The translations under genes and the position numbers were made by a program. The notes under the pieces were generated by a model. That model ran no database searches, was not told the origin of the DNA, and saw only the letters and a program-made list of their open reading frames with translations. Of a stretch of DNA of 64,000 nt, positions 25,145 to 37,872 are shown piece by piece. Position 1 is the first letter of the stretch. Each line of letters opens with the position of its first letter. Origin of the DNA: Felis catus (taxonomy: Eukaryota); assembly GCF_018350175.1 (NCBI RefSeq), contig NC_058373.1, forward strand, positions 103,914,001 to 103,978,000, written 5' to 3'.

Positions 25145-25580
25145 GTTATTTTATTTTGTTTTTATTGTGGTCAAATATATATAACTATATATAACATAAA
25201 ACTTAACCACTTTGGCCACTTTTAGGTGTATCGTTCGGTGGTGTTAATATATTCACATTGATATGAATCACTATCATCCATCTTTGGGAATTTTCATCTT
25301 CCCGAGCCAAAACCACATTCATTAAATAATAATTCTCCCTTCTCCTCTCCCCCAGCCTTTGGTGACTACAATTCTACTTTCTGTCTCTGTGAATTTGAGC
25401 ACTCTGTACCCCATTTAAGTGGAATTGTACAATATGTGGCCTTTTGTGTCTGATACTCAGCATCATTTCTCTAAGCTTCATCCATGTTGTGTGTATGAGA
25501 ATTTCCTTCCTTTTTAAGACCAGATAATATTCCACTGTATGTACATACATACCTTTATTTTATATAATTTATCCACATTC
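25145..25580 (-). mobile_element. L1 (L1MB-like) 3' UTR fragment
   Basis: TTTTATTGTGGTCAAATATAT..ATAACATAAAACTTAACC, TTCTACTTTCTGTCTCTGTGAATTTG, AGCTTCATCCATGTTGT motifs. Confidence 0.85.
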
Positions 25581-26031
25581 CCTAAAGAGTTCCCTCCACA
25601 CTCAAGTCTTACTGAGTTGACATCAACAGACAAAACGTTGGTTCCGCCACAGGTAAGGTAGTGGGTAAGAAGGGTTGGTGAGTTTTGCCCCAGGACAAAG
25701 TGTCAGGCATTTTGGACAATAAGCACTTGAGGTAAAAAATTGAGGTAGCCTCAATTTTCTCTTTAAGCTAACAATCAGAAGAATGAGAAATATTTTCCTT
25801 TCATTCTGTTATTCTTCCAGATTTCAGCTCATTTTCCGTGATTCTTATGGAAAACATTGACACAAAAACCCCATACTTTTGTCAACTGAAAATTCTACAG
25901 TTCTGTAGCCGTGTGACAGAAAGCATTTGTTTTTCTCATAAAAATCCGTATTATGTAAACAAAACAAAACATTACTGAACTCTTGATTTTTAAATGTTTT
26001 GATGGCAAGTTTATTTAAAGAGTGCCCTGCT

Positions 26032-26640
26032 GGGGTGCCTGGCTGGCTTAGTGGGTAGAGCCTGGACTCTTGATCTTGGGGTGGAGTTTGAGTCCTGCGT
26101 TGGGTGTAGAGCTCACGTAAAGAGAGAGAGAGAGACAGTGAAACAGAGAGAGATAGTACTATGCCTCAAGGAGAAGTTTCACTACATTTCACTTTTTCTA
26201 AGCTACCTTATAAGGGAACTCTTTATTTATTTTTTTTTTCAACGTTTATTTATTTTTGGGACAGAGAGAGAGAGACAGAGCATGAACGGGGGAGGGGCAG
26301 AGAGAGAGGGAGACACAGAATCGGAAACAGGCGCCAGGCTCTGAGCCATCAGCCCAGAGCCCGACGCAGGGCTCGAACTCCCGGACCGCGAGATCGTGAC
26401 CTGGCTGAAGTCGGACGCTTAACCGACTGCGCCACCCAGGCGCCCCATAAGGGAACTCTTTAAAACAAAGGAAGGGTTCCTGGCTTAGTGGGCGTCAGAC
26501 TCTTGATTTTGGCTCAGGTCATGATCTCAGGGTTCATAAGATTAAGCCCAGGGCAGAACCTGCTTGGGATTCTCTCTTTTCATCTCTCTCTGCCCGCCCC
26601 CTCAAAACAAATAAACTTAAAAAAGAACAGAAAAGAAAGA
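26032..26640. mobile_element. Short CanSINE (+), young SINEC_Fc (-, 26224-26446) and partial CanSINE (+)
   Basis: Young copy has 16-bp TSD ATAAGGGAACTCTTTA at 26210-26225 and 26447-26462. Confidence 0.92.
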
Positions 26641-27299
26641 AATGAGGAGACTTCACAGAAGAAAACTTAGAGTTTCACAGTATTTTGTATTTTATTCATT
26701 CTTTACAAGAGGCAAACCTCTAACTTTCTTCACTGCTTGAAACAGTTCCACTTCAAAGGTCACCAGTTTTGAGCTCCCCATTCTGACCCCAAACAACCTT
26801 TTTTCGCTTTCCCTTTTCTTTCATGTCTTTTGAATCTGTTCTTTATTTTCATGGGGGGGGGGGACTCCGTTCTCTGCCTCCTTTTCTCCCTCCCTCCTTC
26901 CCTTCCTTCTTCCATAATTATTTCTTGAGCGAGAGTTTATTGTGTGCCAGGTATAGCCCTTGGAGAGTCAAAGATTAATCTGACATGCTTCCTGCCTGGG
27001 TTGAGCCTGCTGTCTAGTGTGGGTCTGTCCAGTGGTTTTCACATTGGTTGTTCACTCTCAGCGACTGAGACCGGACTGCTGGAGCAGTGAATTGAGGAGG
27101 GTTTTGGGCTCATATCTAGTTCTGGTAAGAAAGGATGCCAAAATCAATTAGCGATGTCGGCCAGTGGCCTGGGAACAGAATGGTTGGTGTGTGTGCCGTG
27201 CCTTGCCAACCCGTAATCCAAGAGAGCCAAAGCTTTTTCCAGATCTGTTTTTCCTTTGCCCAATCTGACCCTCAAGTTGGGAACTTTAAAGGGTGCTTT

Positions 27300-27766
27300 A
27301 TTATTTAAAAAAAAAAATGAATGTTTATTTATTTTTGAGAGAGAGGGAGACAGAACATGAGCGAGAGAGGGGCAGAGAGAGAGAGGGAGACACAGAATCC
27401 GAAGCAGGCTCCAGGCTTCAGGCTCTGAGCTGTCAGCACAGAGCCTGACACAGGACTCAAACTCATGAACCGTGAGATCGTGACTTGAGCCGAAGGCTTA
27501 ACCGACTGAACCATCCAGGCTCCCCTAAAGGGTGCTTTAATTAGCATCCTAGGGGCGCCTGGGTGGTTCAGTCGGTTGGGCGGCCGACTTCGGCTCAGGT
27601 CATGATCTCACGATCCGTGAGTTCGAGCCCCGTGTCGGGCTCTGTGCTGACAGCTCAGAGCCTGGAACCTGTTTCGGATTCTGTGTATCCCTCTCTCTGA
27701 CCCTCCCCCGTTCATACTCTGTCTCTCTCTGTCTCAAAAATAAATAAACGTTAAAAAAAATTTTTT
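27300..27766. mobile_element. Head-to-head CanSINE pair (- 27300-27525; + 27552-27766)
   Basis: Heads 26 bp apart; TSDs TAAAGGGTGCTTTA and AATTAGCATCCTA. Confidence 0.95.
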
Positions 27767-28357
27767 AATTAGCATCCTAGTGTACGTCCCTTGCTTACAT
27801 ATGGTAAGTGCCCACCATATCATTCCCTAAATCGTGTTCACCATTGCCAACTAATTTCTCTTTTCTCCCCTAGGCTATCAAGTTTTGCTAGAGAAAGACG
27901 TGAAACCATTCTGATTCAGGTCAATAAAAATTCATGCTTCCAAACTTCTTTAGTTCTTACTGCTGCTCTGTACTCGTTTATTACTCTCTTGGAGATTCAC
28001 TAATGAGTTTCCTCCCTTGGTTGTTTAAGGCCATCTGTAAATCTCCTTTGAGGTCCTATTCCTTCCCTCAATCTTTTCTATTTTCCTTCATCCATTGCTT
28101 CTTCTGCCCTTCTGCCTCAAAGGATGTGGCATCTCTCTTATTTCTAGATTGACCACAACTCATCCAGGACTTTTCTCTGTAACGTCCGTTCATTGAAACT
28201 CTAAATTCCCTTGCCATAGGTTCTTTAGTTTGGAGAAAATAGAGAATAAAGTACAGAGATTAATACCACAAATATGGGTGTTTCCAATACCCAGCATGAC
28301 CGTTGTCACTGTTATGATGCATTGGGTTATCTTTTTTGTAATAAAAAGAAAAGTTAC

Positions 28358-30497
28358 AGGGATGCCTGGCTGACCCAGTTAGTAGGGCATGCAACTCTTA
28401 TTCTCCGGGTTGTGAGTTCAAGCCCCACGTTGGGCATAGAACTTACTTAAAATTTTTTATAATTTATTTTTTAACTTTTTTTTTAACTTTTTAAAGTTTA
28501 TTTATTTGTTTTGAGAAAGTGAGTGTGTGTGGGAGGAGAAGAGAGAGAGAGAAAATCCCAAGTAGCTTGAACTCATAAACCGTTAGTTCATGACCTGAGC
28601 TGAAATCAAGGGTCAGACGCTTAACCGACAGCCACCCAGGCACCCCCAAAAACTTAAAAATTAAAAAAAAAAAGTTACAGGTAAGGTTGAAGTTCCCTTT
28701 GACCTACATCCGCAGTGCTATTCCTTTCTTCCCCTTCCCAGAAGCAGCCCTATTATGTATGATTTTTCTATGGGTTCTCTAACTTTATTAAAGTATTTAT
28801 TTACATGTGTGCATACATAAATGACATGTAAGATTATTTAGTGGAAAATTTAAGGACTTACGCATTTCATGTTTTACAACCTCCATTTTTCCTTCCACAT
28901 GTTTCTGCCCTCTGTCTGTGCTGATACGTGTGGATCCAGATGTCAACTCCCTGACAGCAGGGGTTTTGGCTTATTTATCTCTAAATCCCCAGAACCTAGA
29001 ACAGTACTGTATTTGGCATTGAGTAAATACTCAATATGTATTTCATAGGTGAATTAATATAGCTAGCTCATTTTTAGCTGCTATGTACTAATCAACTGCA
29101 TGACTATCCCTCATATCACATTTTATTTATTTGCTCCCCTGGTCCATAATTTAGGTTGTTTCTCATTTACAAGCAATGTTGGAGAACACTCTTGTGTAAG
29201 TCTTCTTGTGCCTCCACTTGATATTTAAAAAAAAAATGTTTAGGGGCGCCTGGGTGGCTCAGTCGGTTAAGCGACCGACTTCGGCTCAGGTCATGATCTC
29301 ACAGTCCGTGAGTTCGAGCCCCGCGTCGGGCTCTGTGCTGACAGCTCAGAGCCTGGAGCCTGGTTCCGATTCTGTGTCTCCCTCTCTCTGACCTTCCCCT
29401 GTTCATGCTCTGTCTCTCTCTGTCTCAAAAATAAATAAAATAAAAAAAAAATGTTTAGTTGTTTATTTTGAGAGAGAGAGAGAGTGAGCAAGGGAGGGGC
29501 AGAGAGAGAGGGAGGCAGAGAATCCCAAACAGGCTCCACAACTGTCAGTGCAGAGCTCGATGCAGGGCTGGAAACCACGAACTGGGAGATTGTGACCTGT
29601 GCCAAAACCAAGAGTTTGATGCTTAAGTGACGCTTACCCCACTGAGCCACCCAGCAACCCCTGTTTGAGATTTCACCAGGCATGCTTACCTAAAGTTGGA
29701 ATTACTACATTGTAGGAAATAAGCTTTAACCTCTCTCTAGATAATTGCTTTTCAAAGTTTCCTGGTTTTCAAACATGTTCAAGAATTTCTCTCTACAGTT
29801 GTCCCTCCCCCTCCCCCGAGTGCTCTATACCCTGAAACAATAGTTTTATCTTATTCTTTCTTTTGGCATCTCAACTTTTGAAAATAATAATCTATTGGCC
29901 CAGGATCCATTCATGCCTAATGCTTGAAAGAGCCAACCTCTGATTTTTAAGTTGTATTAGTGAATTAGTTCTCCCTTTTAAAGATAATTACTATATGTAT
30001 ACACATATATAGTAAAAATTATTATATACAGTAAATATGTAGTATACATATGCTATAAATATAGTAAATACAGTAATTTTTACACTATTTATACTTATGT
30101 TTATAGTATTACTATAGTAATGGTATTTATAGTATTACCCATCACTACTGCCCTCCACAAGGGTAGTCACCATTCTGATTTGTAACAGCACAGATTTTAT
30201 ATGAGTTTATACGAGAGAGAACAGTTGTGGAGTCCTGGTTAGACCAAAGTCTCCAGGGCAGTCCAGCAGGCTGGAGACAGGGGAGTTGATGTTGCAGCTC
30301 AGGTCTAAAGGCAGTCTGGAAGAATTCCCTCTTTTTGGGGAGACCTCAGTCTCTTTCTCTTAAACCCTTCAACTGATTGGATGAAGCCTGCCCATATTAT
30401 GAAGGTTGATCTGCTTTATTCAAAATCTACTAATATTTTTTAATTAAATATTTTTTAATGTTTATTTATTTTTGAGAGAGAGAGCAAGAGAGAGAGA

Positions 30498-30546
<49 letters not shown>

Positions 30547-33500
30547 TGGGGGAGGGGCAGAGAGAGAGGGAGAAGCAGAATCCAAAACAGACTCTAGGCT
30601 CTAAGCTGTCAGCGCAGAGCTTGACGTGGGGCTCGAACTCCCGAACCATGAGATCATGCCCTGAGCCCATGTCAGACGCCCAACTGACTGAGCCCCCAGG
30701 TGCCCCAAAATCTATCATTTTTTTTCAAGTTGTACTTATTGAAGTAATCTCTACACCTAACATGGGGCTTGAACTCACAACCCTGAGATCAAGAGTCATA
30801 TGCTCTACTGACTGAGCCAGCCAGGTGCCCCCCACATTGACTAATTTAAATGTTAATCTCATCTAAGAAATACCTTCACACCAACATCTAGACTGGTGTT
30901 TGATCAACTCGCTGGGTACCATGGCCTACCCAAGTCAACACATAAAATTAACCATCACAATAGGTGATAAGCTTTTTAAGCCTCTTAATCTATAGATTTT
31001 CCCAGGCATAGTCTTGTCTCTCTTTTCCTTTTATAATTTATTTGTTGAAGAAGCTGAGTCCTTTGTATTTTTTTTTTTTTCGGGCTGCATCCTCATGGTG
31101 TAGTTTGATTCTTTTCCCTATCAGTTAGTAGTTGGATCTCAAGGTTTGATCAGATTCAGGTTTGAAATTTTTGACTAGGTTGCTTCACAAGTTGGGTGTT
31201 TATTCTTTTATCAGAAGGCACATAATGTCTGGTTGTCTCTCTTTGTGATATTACTGGTCATTGATGGCTCGGTGCCTAGACCCATGAATTCATCAGGAGA
31301 TTGCGAAACGGCAGTAATTTGATTCTATTATTTCTTCTTCATTTTTTAGCTGCAATGCTTCCAAAAAAAGAAATTTAACATATATTAATTGGTTAACTAG
31401 TGGTATAGGGTGAATAGGAAAGTCAGGATAAACTTTTTTTTCTCTTTGTTGGCCAGCTTTCAAATAATGAAGTTAGTTGACAAACATTCTCTGAAAGTGA
31501 TCATTATGAATTCATGAATTTGAACTCATTTGATGGACCATATATTTACTGATACCTCAAATTGTTCCGTCCTTGGCAAAAGGGAGTCTTTGAATTGACT
31601 CCTGGGTCTGTCTTTTTTTTTTTTTTTTTAATTTTTTTTTTCATTCAACATTTTTTATTTATTTTTGGGACAGAGAGAGACAGAGCATGAACGGGGGAGG
31701 GGCAGAGAGAGAGGGAGACACAGAATCGGAAACAGGCTCCAGGCTCTGAGCCATCAGCCCAGAGCCTGACGCGGGGCTCGAACTCACGGACCGCGAGATC
31801 GTGACCTGGCTGAAGTCGGACGCTTAACTGACTGCGCCACCCAGGCTCCCCCAACTCCTGGGTCTTTCTGACATGCCCTTAATCATATTTACTGTGCTAT
31901 CTGGTAGGATGGAAATATGTTCCAGGCTAATCTGGTACGTTTCTTTAAGGGAAATGGAACTTCTACTTCACCATCTCAATGTTAGGGATACTAATTATTA
32001 TTATAAAACTTTTGTCATCCTTTCAGTGAATAGAGTCAGGAAATTGTTTTTAAAGTTTTTTTTTTAATTTTTTTGTTCTTTAACATTTATTTATTATTGA
32101 GAGATAGAGAGACACAGAGTGTGAGCAGGGGAGGGGTAGAGAGAGAGGGAGACACAGAATCCGAAGCAGGCTCCAGGCTCCGAGCTGCCAGCACAGAGCC
32201 CGACGCGGGGCTTGAACCCACGAACGGTGAGATCATGACCTGAGCTGAAGTCGGCCGCTCAACCGACTGAGCCACCCAGGCGCCCCTAAAGTTTTTTTAT
32301 TTATTTTGAGAGAGACAGCACATGGGAGGGGCAGAGAGAGAGAAAGAGAGAGGGAGAGAATCCCAAGCAGGCTCTGCACTGTCAGCGCAGAGCCCAATTC
32401 CAAGCTCGAACTCATGAACTGTGAGACCATGACCTGAGCCGAAACCAAGGGTCAGATGCTTAACTGACTGAGCCACCCAGGTGCCCCAGGAAAAAAATTT
32501 TTTTTTCAATATATGAAATTAAAAAAAAATTTTTTTAAGTTAAAATATATCATGAGTTCATACTGATATTTCTTTTTTCTTTTTTTAAATGATTTTATTT
32601 TTAAGTAATCTCTGTACCCAACTTGGAGCTCAAACTCACAACCCCAAGATCAAGAGTCGCATGCTCTACCGACTAAACCAGCCGGCCGCCTCCATGCTGA
32701 TATTTCTGATTCACGTTCAGGACTGTATGTTTTGCTGCTCAAACTCTCCTGTCTTTTATCTGTATCTCTTTTTTCTCTCACTAAGAATTCTGATTTCAAG
32801 GACACCATCTGTGGAGATGATAGAATCAGATCGTCAAAAATGTTCTCATTTTCTTTATTCTACATTCCACAGAATAATAGTACTAAAGCTACGACTTGTA
32901 ATATGATTATTATAAAGGGGCGCCTGGGTGGCGCAGTCGGTTAAGCGTCCGACTTCAGCCAGGTCACGATCTCACGGTCCGTGAGTTTGAGCCCCGCGTC
33001 GGGCTCTGGGCTGATGGCTCAGAGCCTGGAGCCTGTTTCCGATTCTGTGTCTCCCTCTCTCTCTGCCCCTCCCCCGTTCGTGCTCTGTCTCTCTCTGTCC
33101 CCAAAATAAATAAACGTTGAAAAAAAAATTTTTTTTAAAAAATGATTATTATAAAGAGTTTTGAGTTCTTTTTTGCTGCTGTTTGTTATCCTATGAAAGA
33201 CTGGGTATGCATTTAAATTAATTTTATTTTTAAAGACTGCGTTAAGATTTTAATTTTGTACGTTTCCCAAGACTTCTTGTTAAACACGTGCGCTGAGTTA
33301 TGTCTCTGCCCACAAAATTATGTGGCTCATGGAGCTTCCTTGCCCTCTGCCTTTTGTTAGCTTTTATTCTCATCACTTCTGTGTATATTGAAAGCTGCTT
33401 TTGGAGGTTTAAAGTTCTTTATAATATATATATATATTTTTAAGTTTATTTATTTATTTTGAGAGAGAGAGAGAGACAGCATGAGGGAGGGGAGGGGCAG

Positions 33501-33647
33501 AGAGAGAAGGAGAGAGAGAATCCCAAGCAGGCTCTGCACTGCCAGTGTAGAAACTAATGTGGGGCTCGAACTCACGAACTATGAGATCGTAACCCAAGCC
33601 GAAATCAAGAGTAAGACGCTTAACCGACTGAGCCACCTGGGTGCCCC
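28358..33647. mobile_element. Old minus-strand L1 (L1ME-like) remnants riddled with about 12 CanSINEs
   Basis: L1 motifs (TTTAGGTTGTTTCTCATTT, TCAGATTCAGGTTTGAAATTTT, AGAAGGCACATAATGTCTGGTTGTCTCT, ATGTTCCAGGCTAATCTGGTAC). SINEs at about 28358+, 28470-, 29243+, 29452-, 30440-, 30717-, 31613-, 32055-, 32292-, 32570-, 32917+ and 33435-. Confidence 0.75.
30230..30959 (-). mobile_element. MLT2-type ERVL LTR interrupted by two CanSINEs (30440-30832)
   Basis: CCTTCAACTGATTGGATGAAGCCTGCCCATATTATGAAGG and terminal ACACATAAAATTAACCATCACA are characteristic of MLT2. Confidence 0.85.
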
Positions 33648-33754
33648 AAAGTCTTTATAATTTAAAAAAGTCAGATTTCAAAACGTCATCACAGATAACT
33701 TATATTTTTTATTCAGTTTTTTCCTGTTAAGAAGACCCTGATCAAGAATAGCCT

Positions 33755-33990
33755 GGGGCACCTGGGTGGCTCAGTCGCTTAAGCGGCCGACTTGGGGTCA
33801 GGTTATGATCTTGCAGTTTGTGAGTTCGATCCCCACCTCGGGCTCTGTGCTGACAGCTCAGAGCCTGGAGCCTGCTTCAGATTCTTGTCTCATTCTCTCT
33901 CTGCCCCTCCCCCACTCGTGCCCTGTCTCTCTCTGTCTCTCTCTCTCTCAAAAATAAACACAAAAAAAAACTTAAAAAAAAAAAAAAAAA
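33755..33990 (+). mobile_element. CanSINE
   Basis: Full length; AAGAATAGCC duplication. Confidence 0.93.
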
Positions 33991-34319
33991 GAATAGCCCA
34001 GGTTGATATCTCTGTATTTCCACTAGACAGTTGTCCCTGGTCTTCCAAAACTGTATCTGATCAAACAATCCAAGATTTTTATAACGCGGTGTATCCACAA
34101 GTATTAGATTAACTCCAATATCCCAGTTACTAATGGTAAATGCATGCTATTCATCAACGATGCACCATAATGACAATCTCTGGGGACTGAAGCCCTTGCC
34201 AAGACTTTTGACCCCAATCGGGTATTAGTGACATCTTTTAAGAAATTTCAAAAAACCTTGTGAATCCGTCCCTTTAAACTTTATCTTAGGTGTAGTCCAA
34301 GGACTTTAGTCTAGCATAG

Positions 34320-34545
34320 ACTGTCCAGTAAGGTAGATGCCAGCTACATGTGGCTATTTAAATTTAACAATAGCTAAAATAAAATAAAATAAAATAAAAT
34401 AAAATAAAATAAAATAAAATAAAATAATAAAATATTCAGTTCCTTGTTACACTAACCAATTTCGAGTACTCAATGGTCATATCACTAGTGGCCACTAGAT
34501 TGGAGAGCACATATTATATAACACTTCCATCGCTGCAGAATGGCC
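34320..34545. mobile_element. MER3/MER33-like hAT relic containing an expanded (AAAAT)n repeat (34376-34431)
   Basis: CTGTCCAGTA, AGCTACATGTGGCTATTTAAATTTAA, ATTCAGTTCCT, TACTCAATGGTCATAT..CTAGTGGCCACT motifs. Confidence 0.7.
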
Positions 34546-34669
34546 CTGATTTAGAAAGTCGTAAGCTGTGAAAGAGGCAACACAACTCCTTGGTTTTCGT
34601 GGTGTTCCTGAAGAACCTCAGTTATGTTGATGACAATGATGATGATGATTGACCGTTACAATAATTATA

Positions 34670-35870
34670 AAAACTATGGCCATTTATTTGTTTTTTTAAT
34701 ACTACACCAGGAACTGTACTAATCTCTTTTCAAAGGCGTCTCATTTCCCCCTCTCATCAACACCGTGCCGTAGGTATTAATATCCCCATTTTACAACTGA
34801 GGCAGTTGCGGATTTGCAGGAGCCCGAGATCACATAGTTAGCATATACTGGACTGGAGCCGGTGTTCAGAGCAAGTCTGTCTGACTCCAAAGCCCATGGG
34901 TTAAGTCATTCTGCCACATACCACATATCCTCTCTGGATGGCTCAGTCGCTTAAGCATCTAACTCTTGATTTTGGCACAGGCCATGATATCACAGTTCAT
35001 GAGATCAAGCCCCATGTTGGGCTCCATGCTGACAGCGCAGAACCTGCTTGGGATTCTCTCTCACTCTCTCTCTGTCTCTGTCCCTCCCCTGCTCTCTCTG
35101 TCTCTCTCTCTCTTTCAGTAAGTAAATAAACTTAAAAAAAAAAAAAAAAGGAGAAGTGACATAAATTATGGAAGACAGAGTTAGGGATGCATAACATAAA
35201 ACCTCTCCAGCCTGTAACTATTTTCAGCTAAAATAGACCAAGATAAAGTAACTCAAACCTTGATTTTTGAATATAATGGAATATCTTAAAAATCATATTC
35301 ATGTAAAAGAAGGATGCAACTTTATATTTTAAAAAGATCTACACTGATGTTGAAAATGGAAGTGGGGGGCGCCTGGGTGGCGCAGTCGGTTGAGCAGCCG
35401 ACTTCAGCCAGGTCACGATCTCGCGGTCCAGGAGTTCGAGCCCCGCATCGGGCTCTGGGCTGACGGCTCGGAGCCTGGAGCCTGCTTCCGGTTCTGTGTC
35501 TCCCTCTCTCTCTCTGCCCCTCCCCCGTTCATGCTCTGTCTCTCTCTGTCTCAAAAATAAATAAACGTTAAAGAAAAATTAAAAAAAAAAAAAGAAAGAA
35601 AAAGAAAATGGAAATGGCCTGAGCTGTGACTCCTTTGCAAAGTTTTTGTCAGAAAATATAGTGATTAATGACGTGTTCTGGTGGCAGGCAGGAATGCCTC
35701 TGCCAACCTCTACCTGTGATCTTGAGCAAATTCTTCACCAGGGTAACACATTATCTGTGAAGTGGGAATATAAGTGCTATTTACCCACATTGGACAGTTG
35801 TGGGATTAAAATGAGATCATGCAAACAAAATGCTTAGCATCGTATGTGGCCTACAGTAAATGCTCTGTAA
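34670..35870. mobile_element. MIR (-), CanSINE (+, 34935-35149), young SINEC_Fc (+, about 35366-35600), MIR (+)
   Basis: MIR cores CCCCATTTTACAACTGAGGCAG and TGTGATCTTGAGCAAATT..ATCTGTGAAGTGGGAATA; SINE heads and tails visible. Confidence 0.85.
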
Positions 35871-36631
35871 CTCATACTTTCTTACTCTTATTACTTATTA
35901 ACATGTTGCTTCTTTGCAACTGATGTGGGATTCCAAATGGCTAGGCCAGGGTAGGGTCAATTGGCCTTAGGCTAGGTGGGGGGGCCCCACCTAGGACTTT
36001 ATTAGTTCCCTGCAGGCCCACCTCAATAGGTAAGAAAGATACCATATTGCTTCCAATGTATCCTAAGGAAGAAGTACCAACACGGATGACTAAAAGTCAA
36101 GGTCTCGCATAAACTGAGCTAATGACCAGATCAAAGGTTCTTAGTCACAGCTGCACATAAGAATCATCTCAAAGAATCATCTCAAGAATCATCTCTTCAA
36201 AGAAGAGCTTTTGAAAAATAATTTCCAGACAAATTAAATCAGAATCTTTGGGTATAGGGCCCAGAATCAGTATTTTTAAGAAGAGATTCCCCCAAATGAT
36301 TTTAGCGTGCAGTTAGGATTGAGAGCGATCTTACCCGATGGTGTGTAAGGTTTCTTCCAGTACCCAGAATATCTGCTAGAAGTCCTCAGGCATGAACTCC
36401 TTAACCTGTGATCTCCTGCCCATATATATCTCTTCAGGGGCAACTGTCTCCCTTTTCTGAAGATGAGATGTCTTTATCCTGACAAAGCTGAAGGCTTACC
36501 CCCGGAATTGTGTCCTGCCTTCTTGAGGAGCAAATTCTAGTAATTACTTCTCTTCTTGTATGTTCATCCTCTCTGCTTTCTAAGGCTTCCTTCTCCCAGT
36601 AAATAAATATATTCAAATTGTTTTCATCTTA

Positions 36632-36646
36632 ACACACACACACACA

Positions 36647-36677
<31 letters not shown>
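36632..36677. repeat. (CA)n microsatellite with a CG interruption
   Basis: Seen directly. Confidence 0.95.
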
Positions 36678-36989
36678 CCCCTAGAACCAAATCAAACCAA
36701 AATAAAAAGACCCTTTCATGGTTCTGTGTCTCCCCATGTGACTACTGTCAGATGAAGTGCTGATACACGCTCCAGTTCATGGCCCTTCAGTTCGTAGTCC
36801 AGCTTTCAGAAAACACTGTCTCCGCCCATGTTCCTCATAGCACACATTTTATTTAATCTCCCCGCCCCCACCCCTGCAGTGTGGCACTGCCCCATCCCCC
36901 CGAAACTGTTCTCAGCAATGTCAATAGGGGCTGCTGTCTTATGGTTCTCACCTAACAGGACACTGCTGACTTCACTCTCATTCTTTTCT

Positions 36990-37865
36990 TTTTCCTTCGC
37001 ATTTTATTGGGGTAAAATATTCATAACAGAACATGTGTGCGAAACCATTTTAAAGAATACATATGGTATTACATACCTTCATAATGTTATATAACCATTA
37101 TCATTATCTAGTCCCAGAACTTCTCGTCATCACAGACAGAAACCTCCTACCCATTAAGCAGGCACTCTCCACGCCCCAAACCCCAACAGCCTCAGGCAAC
37201 CACTAATCTCTAGGGATTTTCCCATTTCGCCTATTGTCTCTAATAAAATACGTGACCTTTTGTGACTGGCTTCTTTCATTTAGCATAACGTTTTTAAAGT
37301 CCACCATGTTATAGCATATATCAATACTGCATTCTTTTCATAGCTAAATAATACTCCATTGTATGGATATACCTCATTTCGTTTATCCATTCATCTGTTG
37401 ATGGACTTTTGGGTCGTTTCCACCTTTGGCTATTGTTGAATAGAAACTGCTGTGAACATTCATGAATGTGTTTTTATTTGAATACCTGTTTTCAATTCTT
37501 TGGGGGTTTATTCCTAGGAGCGGAGTTGCTGAGTCATGTGGTAATACCAAGTTTAACTTATCGAGGACCCGCTGAGCTGTTTGCCACAGTAGTTGTGCAA
37601 TTTTACATTACCACCAGCCATGTATGAGAGCTCCAGTTTCTCCACACCAGTGCCAACACTTGTGTTATTTGGTTTCAAATTATGGCCATCCCAGTGGGTG
37701 TAAAGGGGTATCTTATTGCTGATTTGATTGGCAGTTTCCTAACGTCTGATGATGTTGACCATCTTTTCATATGCTTGTTCACCACTTGTACTCCTTCTTT
37801 GGGGAAATGTGTATTCAAGTCATTTGCCTGTTTTTAAATCGAGGTGTCTTTTCGTTGTTGAGTGT
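36990..37865 (-). mobile_element. L1 (L1MB-like) 3' fragment, about 0.9 kb
   Basis: GGCAACCACTAATCT, TGTGACTGGCTTCTTTCATTTAGCATAA, TTTATCCATTCATCTGTTGATGGAC, GATGTTGACCATCTTTTCATATGCTTGT. Confidence 0.92.
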
Positions 37866-37872
37866 CTCATTC

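Noticed and set aside
25736..25758. Hairpin AAAATTGAGG-TAG-CCTCAATTTT containing TGAGGTAG (let-7 5' end)
   Set aside because: Only a 10-bp stem; the match ends after 8 nt and lies over the loop, so it is not a pre-miRNA.
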